A stretch of DNA of 63,325 bases, filler included, from Dimorphilus gyrociliatus (taxonomy: Eukaryota > Animalia > Annelida): NCBI GenBank assembly GCA_904063045.1. It is 3 parts of 3 records of this genome, joined end to end, with 100 filler letters (N's around TTAATTAATTAA, not from the genome) between each part and the next. Parts side by side here need not be neighbours in the genome. Positions count along the whole stretch, not along the records: positions 1 to 26,804 come from CAJFCJ010000116.1; 2 more parts are not named here. One strand, 5' to 3'. Positions 12,621-25,800 of the stretch are shown piece after piece; the stretch's first letter is position 1, and every line of letters begins with the position of its first letter. Below the pieces are notes generated by a model. The model was not told where the DNA came from, ran no database searches, and worked only from the letters and a program-made list of their open reading frames with translations. The translations under genes were made by a program, and so were the position numbers.

Positions 12621-12877
12621 TGTTGAAAAAGATAAATGAAGGATATCGTTTAAATAGTTATTGATGCTTTTAAAAAATATTTGCCTGTTCTTAAATATTT
12701 ATACATTCTTTCCTTTTTCATTGATTTTCTTCGCCTACAGTGTATTCTATCTTAATAAATTAATAAAATTAATAAATATCCATTATTTTACAAGGTCAGA
12801 ATCGTCTCTTATAGAAAATTACACGCTTTTCTTAACTTATTCAAGAATTTGGCCTACTTACACCTAAAGAAATTTTA

Positions 12878-13084
12878 GGGGCCGACAGAAAACGTCCCCA
12901 AATGAGATTTTTGAAAGCAACATTTCGGATTGAAAAATTGTTGGAAGGAGTAAAGTAGCTTTTGATTTATAGTTAGGGGGGTTCCATCTAAGGGTTAGGA
13001 GCAATCAAGAAGGTTAAGGAGAGACAAGGGGTAGGTTAGGGTTAGGGTTAAACCATGAATTTGGGGACGTTTTCTGTCGTATCC
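12878..13084 (+). mobile_element. MITE family A (Mutator-type), 207 bp, internal TTAGGG repeats
   Basis: TIR core CGACAGAAAACGTCCCCAAA / TTTGGGGACGTTTTCTGTCG. Perfect 9-bp TSD GAAATTTTA at 12869-12877 and 13085-13093. Confidence 0.9.
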
Positions 13085-13501
13085 GAAATTTTACTATCTT
13101 TCATCTGAAGATATTGATTACAATTAGACCTACATTTCTTAAATTAAACAATTTTTTTTTTGTTATTCAAATTTGATAGTCGATTTCTAAAATCCTTACT
13201 TTTTGTTACACTTTAAGTAAAACCACATAAGGTTGGAGTCACGTGACAATTATAACCATGTAACCTTAGAAATGTTACATTTATGACTTCGCTCTGACGA
13301 CGTTACATTTGCAACCACGCAGAACCTAATGAATACATAGATATTTTATCGCTATCTAAACAAACTACAGTAGAGACATCTATAATTTATAACGAACTAA
13401 ATATTTCCTCAGGCTATAGTTTTTTCGGCAATTTATAGGTGGCTCTAATAGTATTGAACTATGGTCTTTAGAAGTTGATTAAAGCTGTTGGAGAATAAAA
13501 C

Positions 13502-14599
13502 ATGGGACCATTCAGCTTAAAATATATTGTTTTCATGGCATCAATAGCAGTCTATTTTTACAGGCAAAACGTAGCTAATTTCATAATATCGAATGGATTT
13601 TTTCGTGAAATAATCAATCATCATCCAGGAAAATGCCGTGTTTTGAACGGTATTAAAGGCTCTGAAGATATGCATCAATTATCGAATGGTAAGGTTATTA
13701 TAACCTCTGACATTGGTAATATTGCAGATCCAACGAATCAACTACCAAATCACAAAGGACGCCTTTTTACAATTGATTTAGAAAGTGTTGCTAAGAAATT
13801 AATTGAATTAGAATTACCAAAAGAATTGGAGGCAAGTAATTTCTTTCCACACGGTATTAGCGTGCTGGAAAGGCCTGGAAAATTTCCCTTGGTCTATGTC
13901 ATCAACCATCCAAGGTTGTCTTCGGACAGAGTAGAGAAACTGGAATGGGATATTAACACAAACAAATTAAAATATTTGAAATCTTTTACTGATCCAAAAT
14001 TCACTTTTATCAACGATTTAGTCGTTTACGAAGAAGATGTATTTTACGTAACGGTCTTTTTAAGGTCTACTTCAAGGTTTATGAGGGAAATCGAAGGAAC
14101 TTTTAAATTACCTCTTGGATACGTTCTATTATATAATCACGGTGAAACTTCAATACAGGCGGATGGATTATCTATGCCAAATGGTATCAATTTATCAAAT
14201 GATAAGAAACTGCTCTATCTTGCCGAAGGTGGATCTTACAACATTCAAATTTTTAAACGGCATGGTATTGAAAAATTGGAATTAATTCAAAATGTTCCAT
14301 TGCATACCATGCCTGATAATATTTCTGTGGATAAAAATGGCGATTTACTTATTGGTTGTCATCCAAAACTTATTGATGTATATTTCCATCTCCATGACAA
14401 CAGCTTAATATCTCCTTCTCAAATACTACGAGTGAAAATTCAAAACGATAGAGCTCAGTCAGTAACTGAAATTTTTGCAGACAACGGAAACCTGGTGAAG
14501 GCTTCTACAGTTGCTGTTGTGAATAAAAATGCTCTACTAATTGGTACAATAGGCAATGAACTTTTATTGTGTGACATTCATCAAGATTATTTGCCTTAA
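13502..14599 (+). CDS. PON: Paraoxonase/arylesterase (PON family), intronless, 365 aa
   Basis: N-terminal hydrophobic anchor. Conserved PON motifs GKC, GSED, PHG, NH, INDL, PNG, PDN and CHP plus the C-terminal Cys. Six-bladed propeller calcium and catalytic residues appear intact. Confidence 0.93.
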   Translation: MGPFSLKYIVFMASIAVYFYRQNVANFIISNGFFREIINHHPGKCRVLNGIKGSEDMHQLSNGKVIITSDIGNIADPTNQLPNHKGRLFTIDLESVAKKLIELELPKELEASNFFPHGISVLERPGKFPLVYVINHPRLSSDRVEKLEWDINTNKLKYLKSFTDPKFTFINDLVVYEEDVFYVTVFLRSTSRFMREIEGTFKLPLGYVLLYNHGETSIQADGLSMPNGINLSNDKKLLYLAEGGSYNIQIFKRHGIEKLELIQNVPLHTMPDNISVDKNGDLLIGCHPKLIDVYFHLHDNSLISPSQILRVKIQNDRAQSVTEIFADNGNLVKASTVAVVNKNALLIGTIGNELLLCDIHQDYLP

Positions 14600-15368
14600 A
14601 TGAATAAAATAACAATAGAATAACTAGAAACAACTGTGTTTTATAGCGACTGTATATAATATAAAGAGTGAAAAATATAAACGGTACAAGGTCAAGGACT
14701 AGTGATAAGTTTATTATAAATTAAAATTATACTTAATAAAACAAACAAAGAAGAAAAGGCTACAATGTTGTTTGTTTAGATTATAATCTTTCATTTTTAA
14801 CAATGTCTTTTGCTTGAGAACAGTTTTGACAAACATCCTAAAATTATAAGTAAGCTCTTTCATATGGCTGATACTATCATCAATTGCAAGTGCAGCAGCT
14901 GCAGCATTATGATTATCTTGATGATAGTGAGGAGGAAAGTCAACAGTCGTATAATGGCCACATTTTTATTTAACATTACAAATTGCTCTACACACGAAAG
15001 GTATTTCTTTCTTTCTAAAAAAAAGAAAAGTAAATAAAAAATCTTAGTATCTTTTCATCAATATTTTAAATTTACTTGATAGAATATATGATCTTGGAGA
15101 TGTATGCATTTAAATGACAATTGATGTTGAAATAATAATTTTAAATCTTTAATAACATCTTTTAAACAGATTAAATACTGAAAATTATTCAAGAAATTAT
15201 CATCAAATGAATGTTTTCATAGGAACCAAAGCTTTGTTTTTTAATGAAAAATTCATCATTGTTTATAAAAGATATATCTACAGAGAGTGAGAAAGAGAGA
15301 GACGAATTTCATAAAATAAATTGATTGGCCCTAATTTGTTTTGTCAAGCTACATACGAAGAAAGCTAT

Positions 15369-15576
15369 GGGTGGGGGTGCGAATGTACCCAAGGAGGGTT
15401 GAAGCCTACCTTAATATATCTGAAGTTGAGTGTAATATCTGTGTTTTTTGATATTCCCTAACCCTAAGTTGGAGCCCCTTTAACAATAAATTCATTCAAA
15501 TATTCAAATTAACCCTTTCCTAAAATGTTTTCAGGGTTGGAAATATTTACTAACAGGTACGTTCGCACCCGACCCC
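15369..15576. mobile_element. MITE family B (Mutator-type), ~208 bp
   Basis: ~21-bp imperfect TIRs GGGTGGGGGTGCGAATGTACC / GGTACGTTCGCACCCGACCCC. 9-bp TSD (G/A)AAAGCTAT (8/9 match). Internal CCCTAACCCTAA. Confidence 0.8.
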
Positions 15577-15710
15577 AAAAGCTATTACTTGGCTCTATGA
15601 TTCTGCCATTTCAGCATATCACAGAGCGCTTTATATATAATTGGATTAAGTACTTATTTGGTATGAAAAATGCCATAATAACAACATAAATATCATTTTG
15701 TATATTCACA

Positions 15711-17200
15711 TTAAAAAATAATGATATGATTCCTGAAAATGCATGTATCATTGACTAATGAACCACCCACGAAATGGCCGCCTATCCAAACAACAACCCA
15801 TTTATTGTAGTTTATATTTGTTAACAAACCTAGTACGGATAACGGTGTCGATATTAGAACGATGGAAAATGATATAACATAGACGGTTGTAGATATTTCT
15901 TTGGTTTTGTTGAGTTTCTCTTTTAATGTGTAGCTTCTAACATATATAAATATATTAAGGTAAAGGCAACATATAAATAAACTTTGAATGAATGGTATAA
16001 GATTAAAGAAGAGAAATGAATATATCCATCCTTCACACTTTTCCTTTCTTATATAAATATTAAGGCAGATTGTTGTCTTTGAATAGAATTCCTTAAAAAT
16101 ATCCCAATAGAAAAACAATTAAATAAACACCTTTCCAAGTGATTTTAGTTTGGAAAAACTAAAATAAGATAAGATTAGGATGAAGATGGATTCATCCGTC
16201 TCTTTCTCTCTCTCTCTCTCTTGCCAACTTACTGTATATTGCACATTCAATATTATTATTAAAATCACCGCAAATATAATTGTTATCAATGTGAATACAT
16301 ATTTAAATTGTTTAATTTTATATTTTTTAAAAGGATTCATAATAACTGCGTATCTTTCCATTGCAATTAATAGAATACTTGACGTTGAGGAGAGCAATGA
16401 AAATGACATTAAACAATGACGCAGATGGTATATTGTACTATTTCTCCATTCTTCTTCATTTGCTAGAAAAGACTCATTGTTGTAATAAATATCGTCAATA
16501 CATATTGAAATGATATAGATTGACACTAGAAAGTCGGCTAGCGATAAATTCAATCTAAACAATTTTAAAAAAAACAACTTGAGAATGATATTAAGAGAAT
16601 AAAATTCGCCAATAGGCTTATTATTCCAAAACATCAAAATAGAATTTTAATATGTCTATTCGGAGTGACAAGTGATAAATTTTGGTGGTAATGGAGTACA
16701 ATTTACTTCTGATCCATGATATTTATCAATAAAGCAACATTTTTGAAATTTTTCGGCAATGATAGTTTCAATTCGTTTGAGTAGTTTTAAATTTTTCGCC
16801 ATACCATTTAATGGAAGTTTTGTCCTTTTCATTGATATTTTTCGAATGGTGTAAAAATTTTGAAAGACGCCATCTTCTTTTTCTATAATAAAACTAGATT
16901 ATTACAGACTACAGACTATTCGCTGTATAAATAAGATAAAATTCCTTTTATAAAGACTCTTATAATTTAATGACCTATGACATTAATAAGTGGTACTGAT
17001 AATGGGCCAGTAGTTTCAGATGCTTTTTGACAAACAAAAGATCTTATTTCTAAGTCGTCAATTCTACCATCAAATAACAATACACCAAAACCATACAATT
17101 TTGAATAATAGAAGTAAAGTAATCTATTTTGGAAAATTATTATTAATAAATTTAAATTAGAAAAAAAACTGGTACCAAAGATTTAGCCATTTAAATTTGA
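15711..17200 (-). pseudogene. LRR-containing GPCR (RXFP/GRL101-like LGR) pseudogene
   Basis: Hinge CC...CTPLPPKFITC, LNLSLADFL (TM2), WRNST, IAMERY and EFYSKTTICL (after an intron containing a GA microsatellite), then TM5-7. Around TM1 there is a frameshift, a TGA where W is expected (KILF*CFGIISLLANF) and a second frameshift. Decayed LRRs lie upstream. Confidence 0.75.
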
Positions 17201-17284
17201 AATATCTTTGTAAAATTTCTTTGAAATGTTTCTTGTGCCTTAAAATTCTACTAATACTAAATCCTTTCTGGGGAGCAAAAAAAG

Positions 17285-17535
17285 TTATCATCAGTAGTAT
17301 CCCTATCTACTTGCAAGAATTTTTTAAGGAAACATAACTTGAGAGGCTATGTTGCAGCAAAAAATCCTCTATTAAAAAAAAGGCATTTAATAAATAGGAG
17401 ACAGTTTTGTAAAAGACTCCTCTCTTGGAACAAAGAGCAAATTAATTCAATTGTGTTTTCAGATGAGACAAGGATAGGTTTATATCCAAAACACAGGCAG
17501 TTTGTCAGAAGGCATCCAGCAGATAGATTTTTTTT
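17285..17535 (+). mobile_element. Tc1/mariner transposase fragment
   Basis: RKHNLRGYVAAKNPLLKKRHLINRRQFC...W...IVFSDETRI matches the Tc1 second HTH and the start of the DDE domain (FSDE). Truncated; no TIRs seen. Confidence 0.85.
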
Positions 17536-18559
17536 AAAATATATATACAGAATATACATTTAATATCATTTCTCTCTACTGGAAGAATTTGATTTGTAAC
17601 AAGTTAATATTAATCTTTCATTTATCATTTCATCCTACTATTCACTAGAAAATAAAAAATATTACATTCTTATGACAATTTAATATAATTTTTATTTTTT
17701 TTTACAATTTGCAACAAGGCTTCCAAGACTTTAATGAAACAGCATCATCGTCAATTTTTGATAGATGAAACTCAAGTAATGAATAGGTTTTTTTGTATCC
17801 TAATTCTCTGCACATTTGACCTAACAATAACAGATTGAAATAATTTAAAAACATATTTTGTTATAATTATTGAATAAATAGAATTATCATCAGTTTCAGC
17901 AAATAAATATCCTTTAACGTAATTTTCATTTTCCTTAATTGGTTGATGAACAAATAATGCCATAATTTCGAAAGAAGGGAATGTGAAAAAATTGATAAGC
18001 AAAGTGAAAACGCCGTATTTAAACATAATGTTAATAAAGGACAAAAGAAAATGTAGTTGAGAGAAAACTAGCATAAGTTTATTTTTTAGATACTAAACAA
18101 ACATCTTTAAATGATAGTAAAAATTTATTTTTTCAAATTATATCAGTTTACGCAAATTAATAATCTTTTTCCTTTCTCTTCAATTAAGAACTTATTTGTC
18201 CAGAATTAAAACTTCATGGATATGTACTATAGCAGTATTGAGATAGAGAGAAAAATATTTGAAATTTTAGACTTGGAGGACTATTGGATGATGAACTATT
18301 AGTTCAAACATCATATATTTATGCTCCATTGTATTCTTTCTTTAATTTCACTTTTTTCCTATCTTTTATCTTTCATAGCTAAATGTTTCTTTATTATCAG
18401 TGTCTTATTGTCATTCAGTGTCTATTTATAAATAAAATGGCTAGAATTTCATGGGTACGTTTTCACCCATGTATGGTTTCACCTGCTGCCTTCAAAACAT
18501 TCTCTCTACCAACAAAGCGTACGGTTTTTCGTCATTATTCCTATCATTTTAAATGTTCT

Positions 18560-20270
18560 ATTCAAGTTTTGCTGCCAACTAACTTGTATCTGTCTACATA
18601 TGTCTGGTACTACATCAAAGCCATCTATTAAACAACAACTTTCATTGCGTAATTTTTAAAATATCAAAAGGTATGCTATTCCTTTGAAGAAGATTTGTTA
18701 TCTCGATATTTTCCCTCTCATCTAGATCGCATTTCTCAAAATTAATATACTTTAAAGTGTTTGTTGATTATTTGATGGATGAACTAGAAAACCTTTGCAA
18801 ATACTCTCGCAAGCGTTTCCATTCATAAAGTTATAATTAAGATTAATTGTTTCCATGCTGGAGGAGATTTTCAACAATTTATGTAACTTTTTACACTGCT
18901 CTTCGCCTAGGGAACATTTTTCAAAATTTATATATTTCAAAGTATTTAACGAATAAGAAAGTCCTTCGCAAATGTTTGAAAATCCTTTTTCCATTTCATT
19001 ATTTTGCGATAATTTGATTATTTCCAATTTCGTACAACATTTAAAAAGTTTTCCCAATCTAGTGCATTGTTCTTTATTTATCTTACAATTGTCAAGATAA
19101 ATATTCTTTAGAGCATTCGACGATTGAACGAGTCCTTCGGAAATCTTTGAAAATCCATATTCCATATTATCATTCTTTCTGAGACTGATTGTTTCTATTT
19201 TGGAGCAATTTTTCAATAATTTTCCTAAACTATTACATTCTTCTCTATTTAAATTACATTGATCAAAATACAAATATTTCAGAGCATTGGACGAATGGAT
19301 GAGTCCATCGCAAATATTCTGTAATCCTTCATTCATATAAACGTTACTTCCTAGATTGATTTTCTCAATTCTCCGACACGTTTCAAGTAAATTTCCAATA
19401 TATTTACAGTCATCATTAAATAATCTACATTCCTGAAAATCGATGCATTGTAGAGAATTTGATGAATTGGCTAAACCTTCGCAAATTTTGGGCAATCCAG
19501 TTGAAGAGATTTTAAAAAGATTTTCCAACTGTTGGCAATCTTCTTCTATCAGTTTACAACTTTGAAAATTAATAGTTTTTAAATTATTTGATGATTCGGT
19601 AAGTCCTTTACAAATATCTGACAATCCATTTTCAGTGATTCTGTTATTGCTTAGATTAATTGTTTCAATTCTATAGCTAAGTTTAAACAGGTTTCCTATC
19701 TCTCTACATAGCTCTTCATCAAAGGCGCAATTATTCAAATCGATCCTTATTAATTGTTCTGATGATGTCAGCGTATCGTGAATTATTTTTAGCTCCTTAT
19801 CTCCAATAATTCTGTTGGATAGGTTTAATAAACACGTTCCCTCCAATTGTGTAGTGGCGAATTGCGTTAGTTTCGAATTATTATTCAAGGCATAATCTAT
19901 TCTGATATCCTCAAAAATTTGTATATCCAATTGTTTAATATTTCTAATGATATCTTCTATCTGTTCATTTAAATATTTTCTTGAATAATTTCTGTCTTTT
20001 TTCATTCTCCTCTATAAAGATTCTTTTAATATTTTCAAATTCATCTTTCAATTTTGTTATGGCTCTCATTTCAAATTCAACAATTTTATTTAAAATTCTA
20101 TCTTTATTAGTTTCTTCTTTAGTTAGAAAACATTCAATAACATCTTTTCTATATGAAGACCAATAGGAATTGTTTTGATTTCTTTCCATATCTAAATCAG
20201 ATTGATTTTTCTTCACCTCTCCTTCGGATAGAATACAGTTTTGTCTACATTTCAGACAAGTAATTTCCAA
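18560..20270 (-). pseudogene. TRIM-LRR B, decayed paralog
   Basis: Only the second half of the RING survives (ITCLKCRQNC) and the B-box is lost. Frameshift between coiled coil and LRRs (~19990), an in-frame deletion in one LRR (LFKISS-TGLPKIC), and a further frameshift at ~18755 after which TLKYINFEKCDL continues in another frame. Confidence 0.82.
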
Positions 20271-21323
20271 ATATTTTGTAATCAGTATTTATATAAGTAT
20301 CAAGGTGATATTGATTATTTAGTGAAAGTCGTCCCCATTTTATAGTGTCCATAAACTTACTTGTAAACAATAGACAGTTGAATCAAAAAACAATGATATA
20401 TTTTATCACATGATGGCTATAAAAAAAGACAATTTTTGTCCAGTTAAATTCTGAAAAAAAAATTATCGTGCTATCTTCACTAGTTAATATTCATCAATCA
20501 GGAGATTTGCGATCTTTATCATTTATTCGTAAATATGAATTACTATTGAGAAGTTTGTAGTAAAGATAATACCGATGCTTTTTGTCTTTGTTCGTTTTGC
20601 AACCCTTTACAATTGTTGCTGATTACCAATCTTCTTTCAAATGAGCTTTTTGATGTATTAGTGTTGTAGAGAGCATTTTTCATTTAATTCATGAATATTT
20701 TGAATAGCTGTTATATACTGAGGATAAATATTGAGATATGAAAATTATTAATATTCATTTAATGAAATGGATTTTTTAATTAAATTTGCAGAATAATACA
20801 ATAATTATTTTGCATACTTCGAGTTGATGACTAACTTTAGCATAGACTTATAGCATAAATAGGAAGAACGTATTCTCTTCCCCATCATGTTAGTCCTACA
20901 TTTTCAAATCTCTCATTGTTCATATAGCTCATCCGGACCAACAAAGTCGTTTTGGCAGTGATATTTAAAGAAGAAATACTCGATATAATTATCAGCTATA
21001 AGTTAATCTGCAAATTGCAAACTGAGCTTGACGTGGATTAAAAATAATTAATGCCACTTTTATGACGGTTATTTTATACCTAGTATAGTAATACAGAATA
21101 CCTAACGCTCTGAACTAGGTCAATTCAATGAAATGTTTGACCTACCTTTTGTATATTATTATAAAATTTAAAGGAGAAAAATGGTTTTTATTTATTTATT
21201 AAAAAGTGAAGAAAATATTAATTGACATTACAGTGATGCATTTTTTTATCTAAATAACAAGGAAAATAAGGAAAGAACGCACAAATGCAAAAGAAACACA
21301 CCAAATATTTGATGCAGGACTTG

Positions 21324-22214
21324 TTAAGTAGTATTTGATGAAGTAGTACTCTTTTTATTTGAATCTTGAATTTTACTTTTACAGAAATGTTTATAAAAAG
21401 CTGTTTGTAAAATATTAAAGAATTTCTTATGAAATATTAAATAGATAAAGCAGTTTGTTGAATTATTAATAATATACATTCTATGTAGAATAGGACCACT
21501 TGTCTTTTCAGTTAAAACATTTATATATAAAGGTAACCAAGAGGCTATAAATATCAATGTTGTACCGAAAAGCATAAGAACTGTGCGAATTTCGGAAAAT
21601 TTTTCAAAGTTTTTCCCCATTTTTCGATGATTTTCATTCCTTTTCTTCAAAATAAAAAGAATATACGAATACATTAAAACCAATATAATAAAGCAGGCGA
21701 TTTGTCCATAAATAAGTATAGTAGTATTGAAGTTTGAACTTTTACTGACCTTGAGAAGGCAGTTGTATGTTTCGTTATTAGTTTGTAAAGTTAATGATTG
21801 AAAATGAATAATTTGATTAATATGAGAAAATAGAACGATTATCAAAGATATAGCATTTGCTGAATAGATTAGTTTTAATGATAGCAAATGAGGTTTGAAC
21901 ACTGAAATCCATCTTTCGAATCCTACTAACACGGTTAAAAGGAATGAATAACTTACAAAACAATAGGATACGTAAGTGTAAATTTTACACACAATAAGAT
22001 GCTTTGTACCATGTATGTTGAAATATAATGTAAAAGGTAGGACAATACCGAGGTAAATAGCATCATTATAGGCGGTAACTTTAACAAAAAAATTCACCAT
22101 CTTACTCTTTTGGCTTTTAAATGGAAAATACTTTAAAATAATAATATTTGAAATAACTCCAATAATTATACATGGAATTCCAAACACTATTGTCCATTTT
22201 GCTGTAAAGTCCAT
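21324..22214 (-). CDS. Intronless class A orphan GPCR, very short N-terminus
   Basis: GVISN (TM1), TAYND (TM2), VGFERW (DRY-like), ASWLP (TM6) and NNSTNCFIY (TM7). Confidence 0.87.
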   Translation of the reverse strand: MDFTAKWTIVFGIPCIIIGVISNIIILKYFPFKSQKSKMVNFFVKVTAYNDAIYLGIVLPFTLYFNIHGTKHLIVCKIYTYVSYCFVSYSFLLTVLVGFERWISVFKPHLLSLKLIYSANAISLIIVLFSHINQIIHFQSLTLQTNNETYNCLLKVSKSSNFNTTILIYGQIACFIILVLMYSYILFILKKRNENHRKMGKNFEKFSEIRTVLMLFGTTLIFIASWLPLYINVLTEKTSGPILHRMYIINNSTNCFIYLIFHKKFFNILQTAFYKHFCKSKIQDSNKKSTTSSNTT

Positions 22215-22869
22215 TTTCTACATTTCTTTTTCAAAGTAGGCAGCTAAATAATAACTACAGTTGTTAGACGTGTCCAGCAGCAAAATGACATTTTTTCCCT
22301 CAGGTGTAAATAGTCTAGCCAAAAGATTTTTTTAGTTTAGGAAATAAAGCTAACTTAATAAGGAATTTTGACAAATTAGCCTTATTATTCTTGTGATTTA
22401 TTCTTGTTAAATACAGACCTTCGTCTGTACAATTGGCGTTATTATCCAAGTATTTTTATTATGCTTGATAATATCCATTTTATGCTTATACTTCATTATC
22501 ATGCCATAATCCTTATCTTAAGCTTACCTACTAATTATTCTCTATATCAGATTTGAATTCCAGCCAGCAGTTAATTCTAACAATTTGGTGTTAAATTTTC
22601 CGGATAAAAGCTTTTATTTTATGTTCTTTTAGATTACAGTATTAAAGACTATGATAGGCTTAAGATCATTGTCTTTTTAAATGATTATTAAAGTCTTAAA
22701 GTAAAATCTTTGTGTTTATGATTTCGGCCTGAATTTATCTACAAGTAGCCAACTTTTCTCTATACTCTTCCTGAAATCAAAAAATCGCTGCGTCTGTCAT
22801 TTTAAAGTTTCTTTGTTTAGATTTGTACATTGAAATGTACCGTTTTGTTAGAATTTCTTAATTTTTAGC

Positions 22870-25800
22870 AGATTTCATGATTTTTTTTCTACAATCGAAA
22901 AACTATGGAAAAAAGAAGGAAGGAAATGTGCAAAAATACTTTGTTCTCTTTAAGAGAAAATCGATCCATTGCAAAGTATATAAACAAAATATATTCTGTA
23001 TCATTACAGAAGAACGAAAAAATCAAAATCAAAGATCGTTGAATCTGTTCAAAAGTGTATTTATTCAGAATAATTACTGCCAACTGCAGTACAAGTCGGG
23101 ACTATGTTCTCAGTGTTTGATGTTTTTCCGTCTAAATTATGGATAAAATGTGATATTGAATACAAATATCACGGCATTAAGATAAAAGTATTGAGCAGAG
23201 TAGATTAAAGCTATACGCCTGCTTTCTTGAATCCAATTAATATATGCAACATTAGTATAAAAAGGAAATGTAACACAATAGACTGAATAGAAATCCTCTA
23301 ATTTTTCACTATGTCGAGAATTTTAAACGGAACGCCAGCTCTATCTGCCTTATCTGGAATATCTTTATCCGGAAAGAGCTTTGTTCTTGAATAGAATAAA
23401 TGTGGATCTTCTCTAAAGCCTTTTGGAAATATAAAAAAGAAGAGTTTTTCTAATAGATTATATCATTTTTCGCAGATGCTTATTACTTTAATTTTTTTCA
23501 TCACTGTCATACTTTTAAATTTGCTATTATTGTTCTATTTTGGATAACATAGTTAGGTCAAATCCAGCTTATCAATTTAATTCAAAAGGTTTTAATAAAG
23601 AGAGAGACAAAATTTGCAAAGTTTTAAGTTCATCTACTTTTCTGGAAGAAATGATTAGGAATCACGAAATCGTGATAAGCTAAGAGACTGTCACGTACCT
23701 GTTCTTCAAAAAAAGACACCTAAATACCTCTCTTACATTTTACAACCGTGATTTAAATGTAATTTATTAGCACTTGAATTTTTAACCTTACAAGTTATAA
23801 TATTCATAGTTGTAACCAAATAGCTTAAAAAGGAACATACGCTTAAAGTAAAGTATTGTTTTGTTGTAATTCAATTTTTTCTAAATAATATTATTTCTAT
23901 AAATTTTTGAAAACAGATTTAGAAAATAGACGAGTCAGAGATATGAGAATTCGCACCATCAATTTCTTTGGGTCCTACTATGAAGAATACATTACTCTCA
24001 CAAAATCTTTCTATTTCTATTCCATATGTTTTTCATAACAGTGTAACTAAGATCATTGCGTGTCTATACATATGTAATACAATGATGAAAAATAATGGTC
24101 TAGAAAGGGTTCTATTAATCTCATTCATATAATTGAATTCAAACAGCCCTATGTTTAATAAAAGTAATAATAAACAAAACAGTCAAAAAATATCTTCCAC
24201 GGTTGTTCAATGAAAAGCTAAAATTTAAGTTGATAATTGCTATTATACAACTCAACAAATGTATGGAAAAGTGTATAATGCAGTATGTAAACTAAAATTA
24301 GAGAATGGTATGTAAAATTCGAACAACTCTCTCTCCCTAATAATGCTTCTATTATTTTAAAAAAGACCAAACAAACTCAACAAAAAGTTCTACATAAATA
24401 CAATATTTCACATGTAAATTTTTCCATTCAAGTCTACAATGAAGATAAATTATCAATTATTGGAAAAGTTTTTGTTCAAGTGAAAAATGAAAGTTTCCTA
24501 AGAGTTTTACAGTACAAAGACAATCCTCCTTCCTTTACAAATAAGATTTGTAAATTTCTTGGATATGATGATTATCACTCTTACACAATGTATTCAAAAT
24601 TAAAAAATTCAAGTAATTTTATAGCAATTATTGCAAGTGCATATTTTCAAAATCTGTAAATTAATATTTTAAAACGATTTCACATAAACTCAATAATTAA
24701 TCTTTTCAACTATTTCAAGAGTTTCAAGGAATATCCACGTGATAAAACTTGCCAGCCTTGGTTAATGGCAGTCATTTTTGTATCATATATCTATAATAAA
24801 ATATATTTCTAATGAAAAATTTGATATCATATTATTAAACTTTTCATTGTCAATATCTAAAAAAAATTTTTCAATCCAGTTCTGGATAGGATATGTATGA
24901 TTCAATAGCATATTTTAATGAAAAGTCAATTGCAAATGATTATAAAATTCTTAGAGGCGTTCCACAAATATTTTTCGTAAATGAAAATTGGCATATAAAG
25001 TATTTGAACTATTTTAATAGTATGAAGATAGGCTCTTTTTATGGTTTCAACTATGGAACAGTGTTGAATACTGTATCTAATAAACACTTCCAAACGTTAT
25101 ATTCTTATAAAACTTTGAATTTTTCAAATGCATAAACCTTTCAACAATGCAATTTTATTGATAGGTAATTAAAGAATAAAGAAAAAAATCATAATTGGCA
25201 GACTGAAAGCCTCAAAAATTACATATCTTTCAGAATTTCAAGTATAGAAGAGCATCCATTTATAATTGAATGCTCAAAAGGAGAGAGTGATGAATGTATT
25301 GATGAAAATGTTATTACAGTATACGTTTGCTATTTTATATTTGAAAGAGGAAGATTAATAGATTTAGAAGAAATGGAGAAAATTTTCGAAAAACAAATTT
25401 AACATCAGCTGACTATCCTACGTTGAGAAAGTCATCTACCTTTTTAATATTACAAACATATATAAAATACGTACTTAAATCATCAGATTTTGTTGAAAGA
25501 ATATGTAAACAAAATATAAATGTGATAAATAAATGAGCGAAAAAAATTTATAAAGCAACCTATTTTCCAGATGCTAAAACTATACAAAGGCCAGGGAAGT
25601 CATGGTGACTTCTAGTAATTTTGATATTAGTTTACCGTTACTTTATGGGAAACAATTTGTAAATATAATAAATAATATTTTTTAAACCCAAATTAGAATT
25701 CAACATCTAGTTCATCTTACCTTTTCTTTACAGTTGTACAGTTATAGAAAATTAGTCCGGAAATTCATCTACATATTGCAATTAATACAGCGAAAGGTAT

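Noticed and set aside
13030-13050. TTAGGG runs as a true telomere or chromosome-fusion scar
   Set aside because: Only 2-4 units, always internal to TIR-bounded MITEs.
16119-16121. Apparent premature stop between LGR ORFs 16119-16637 and 15711-16118
   Set aside because: It falls inside a plausible phase-0 intron (ACA/GTAAGT...TTTAAG/GAA), so it was not counted as a lesion.
17772-18074. 100-aa minus-strand ORF
   Set aside because: No recognisable motif; may be an exon of an unidentified gene or noise in AT-rich DNA.
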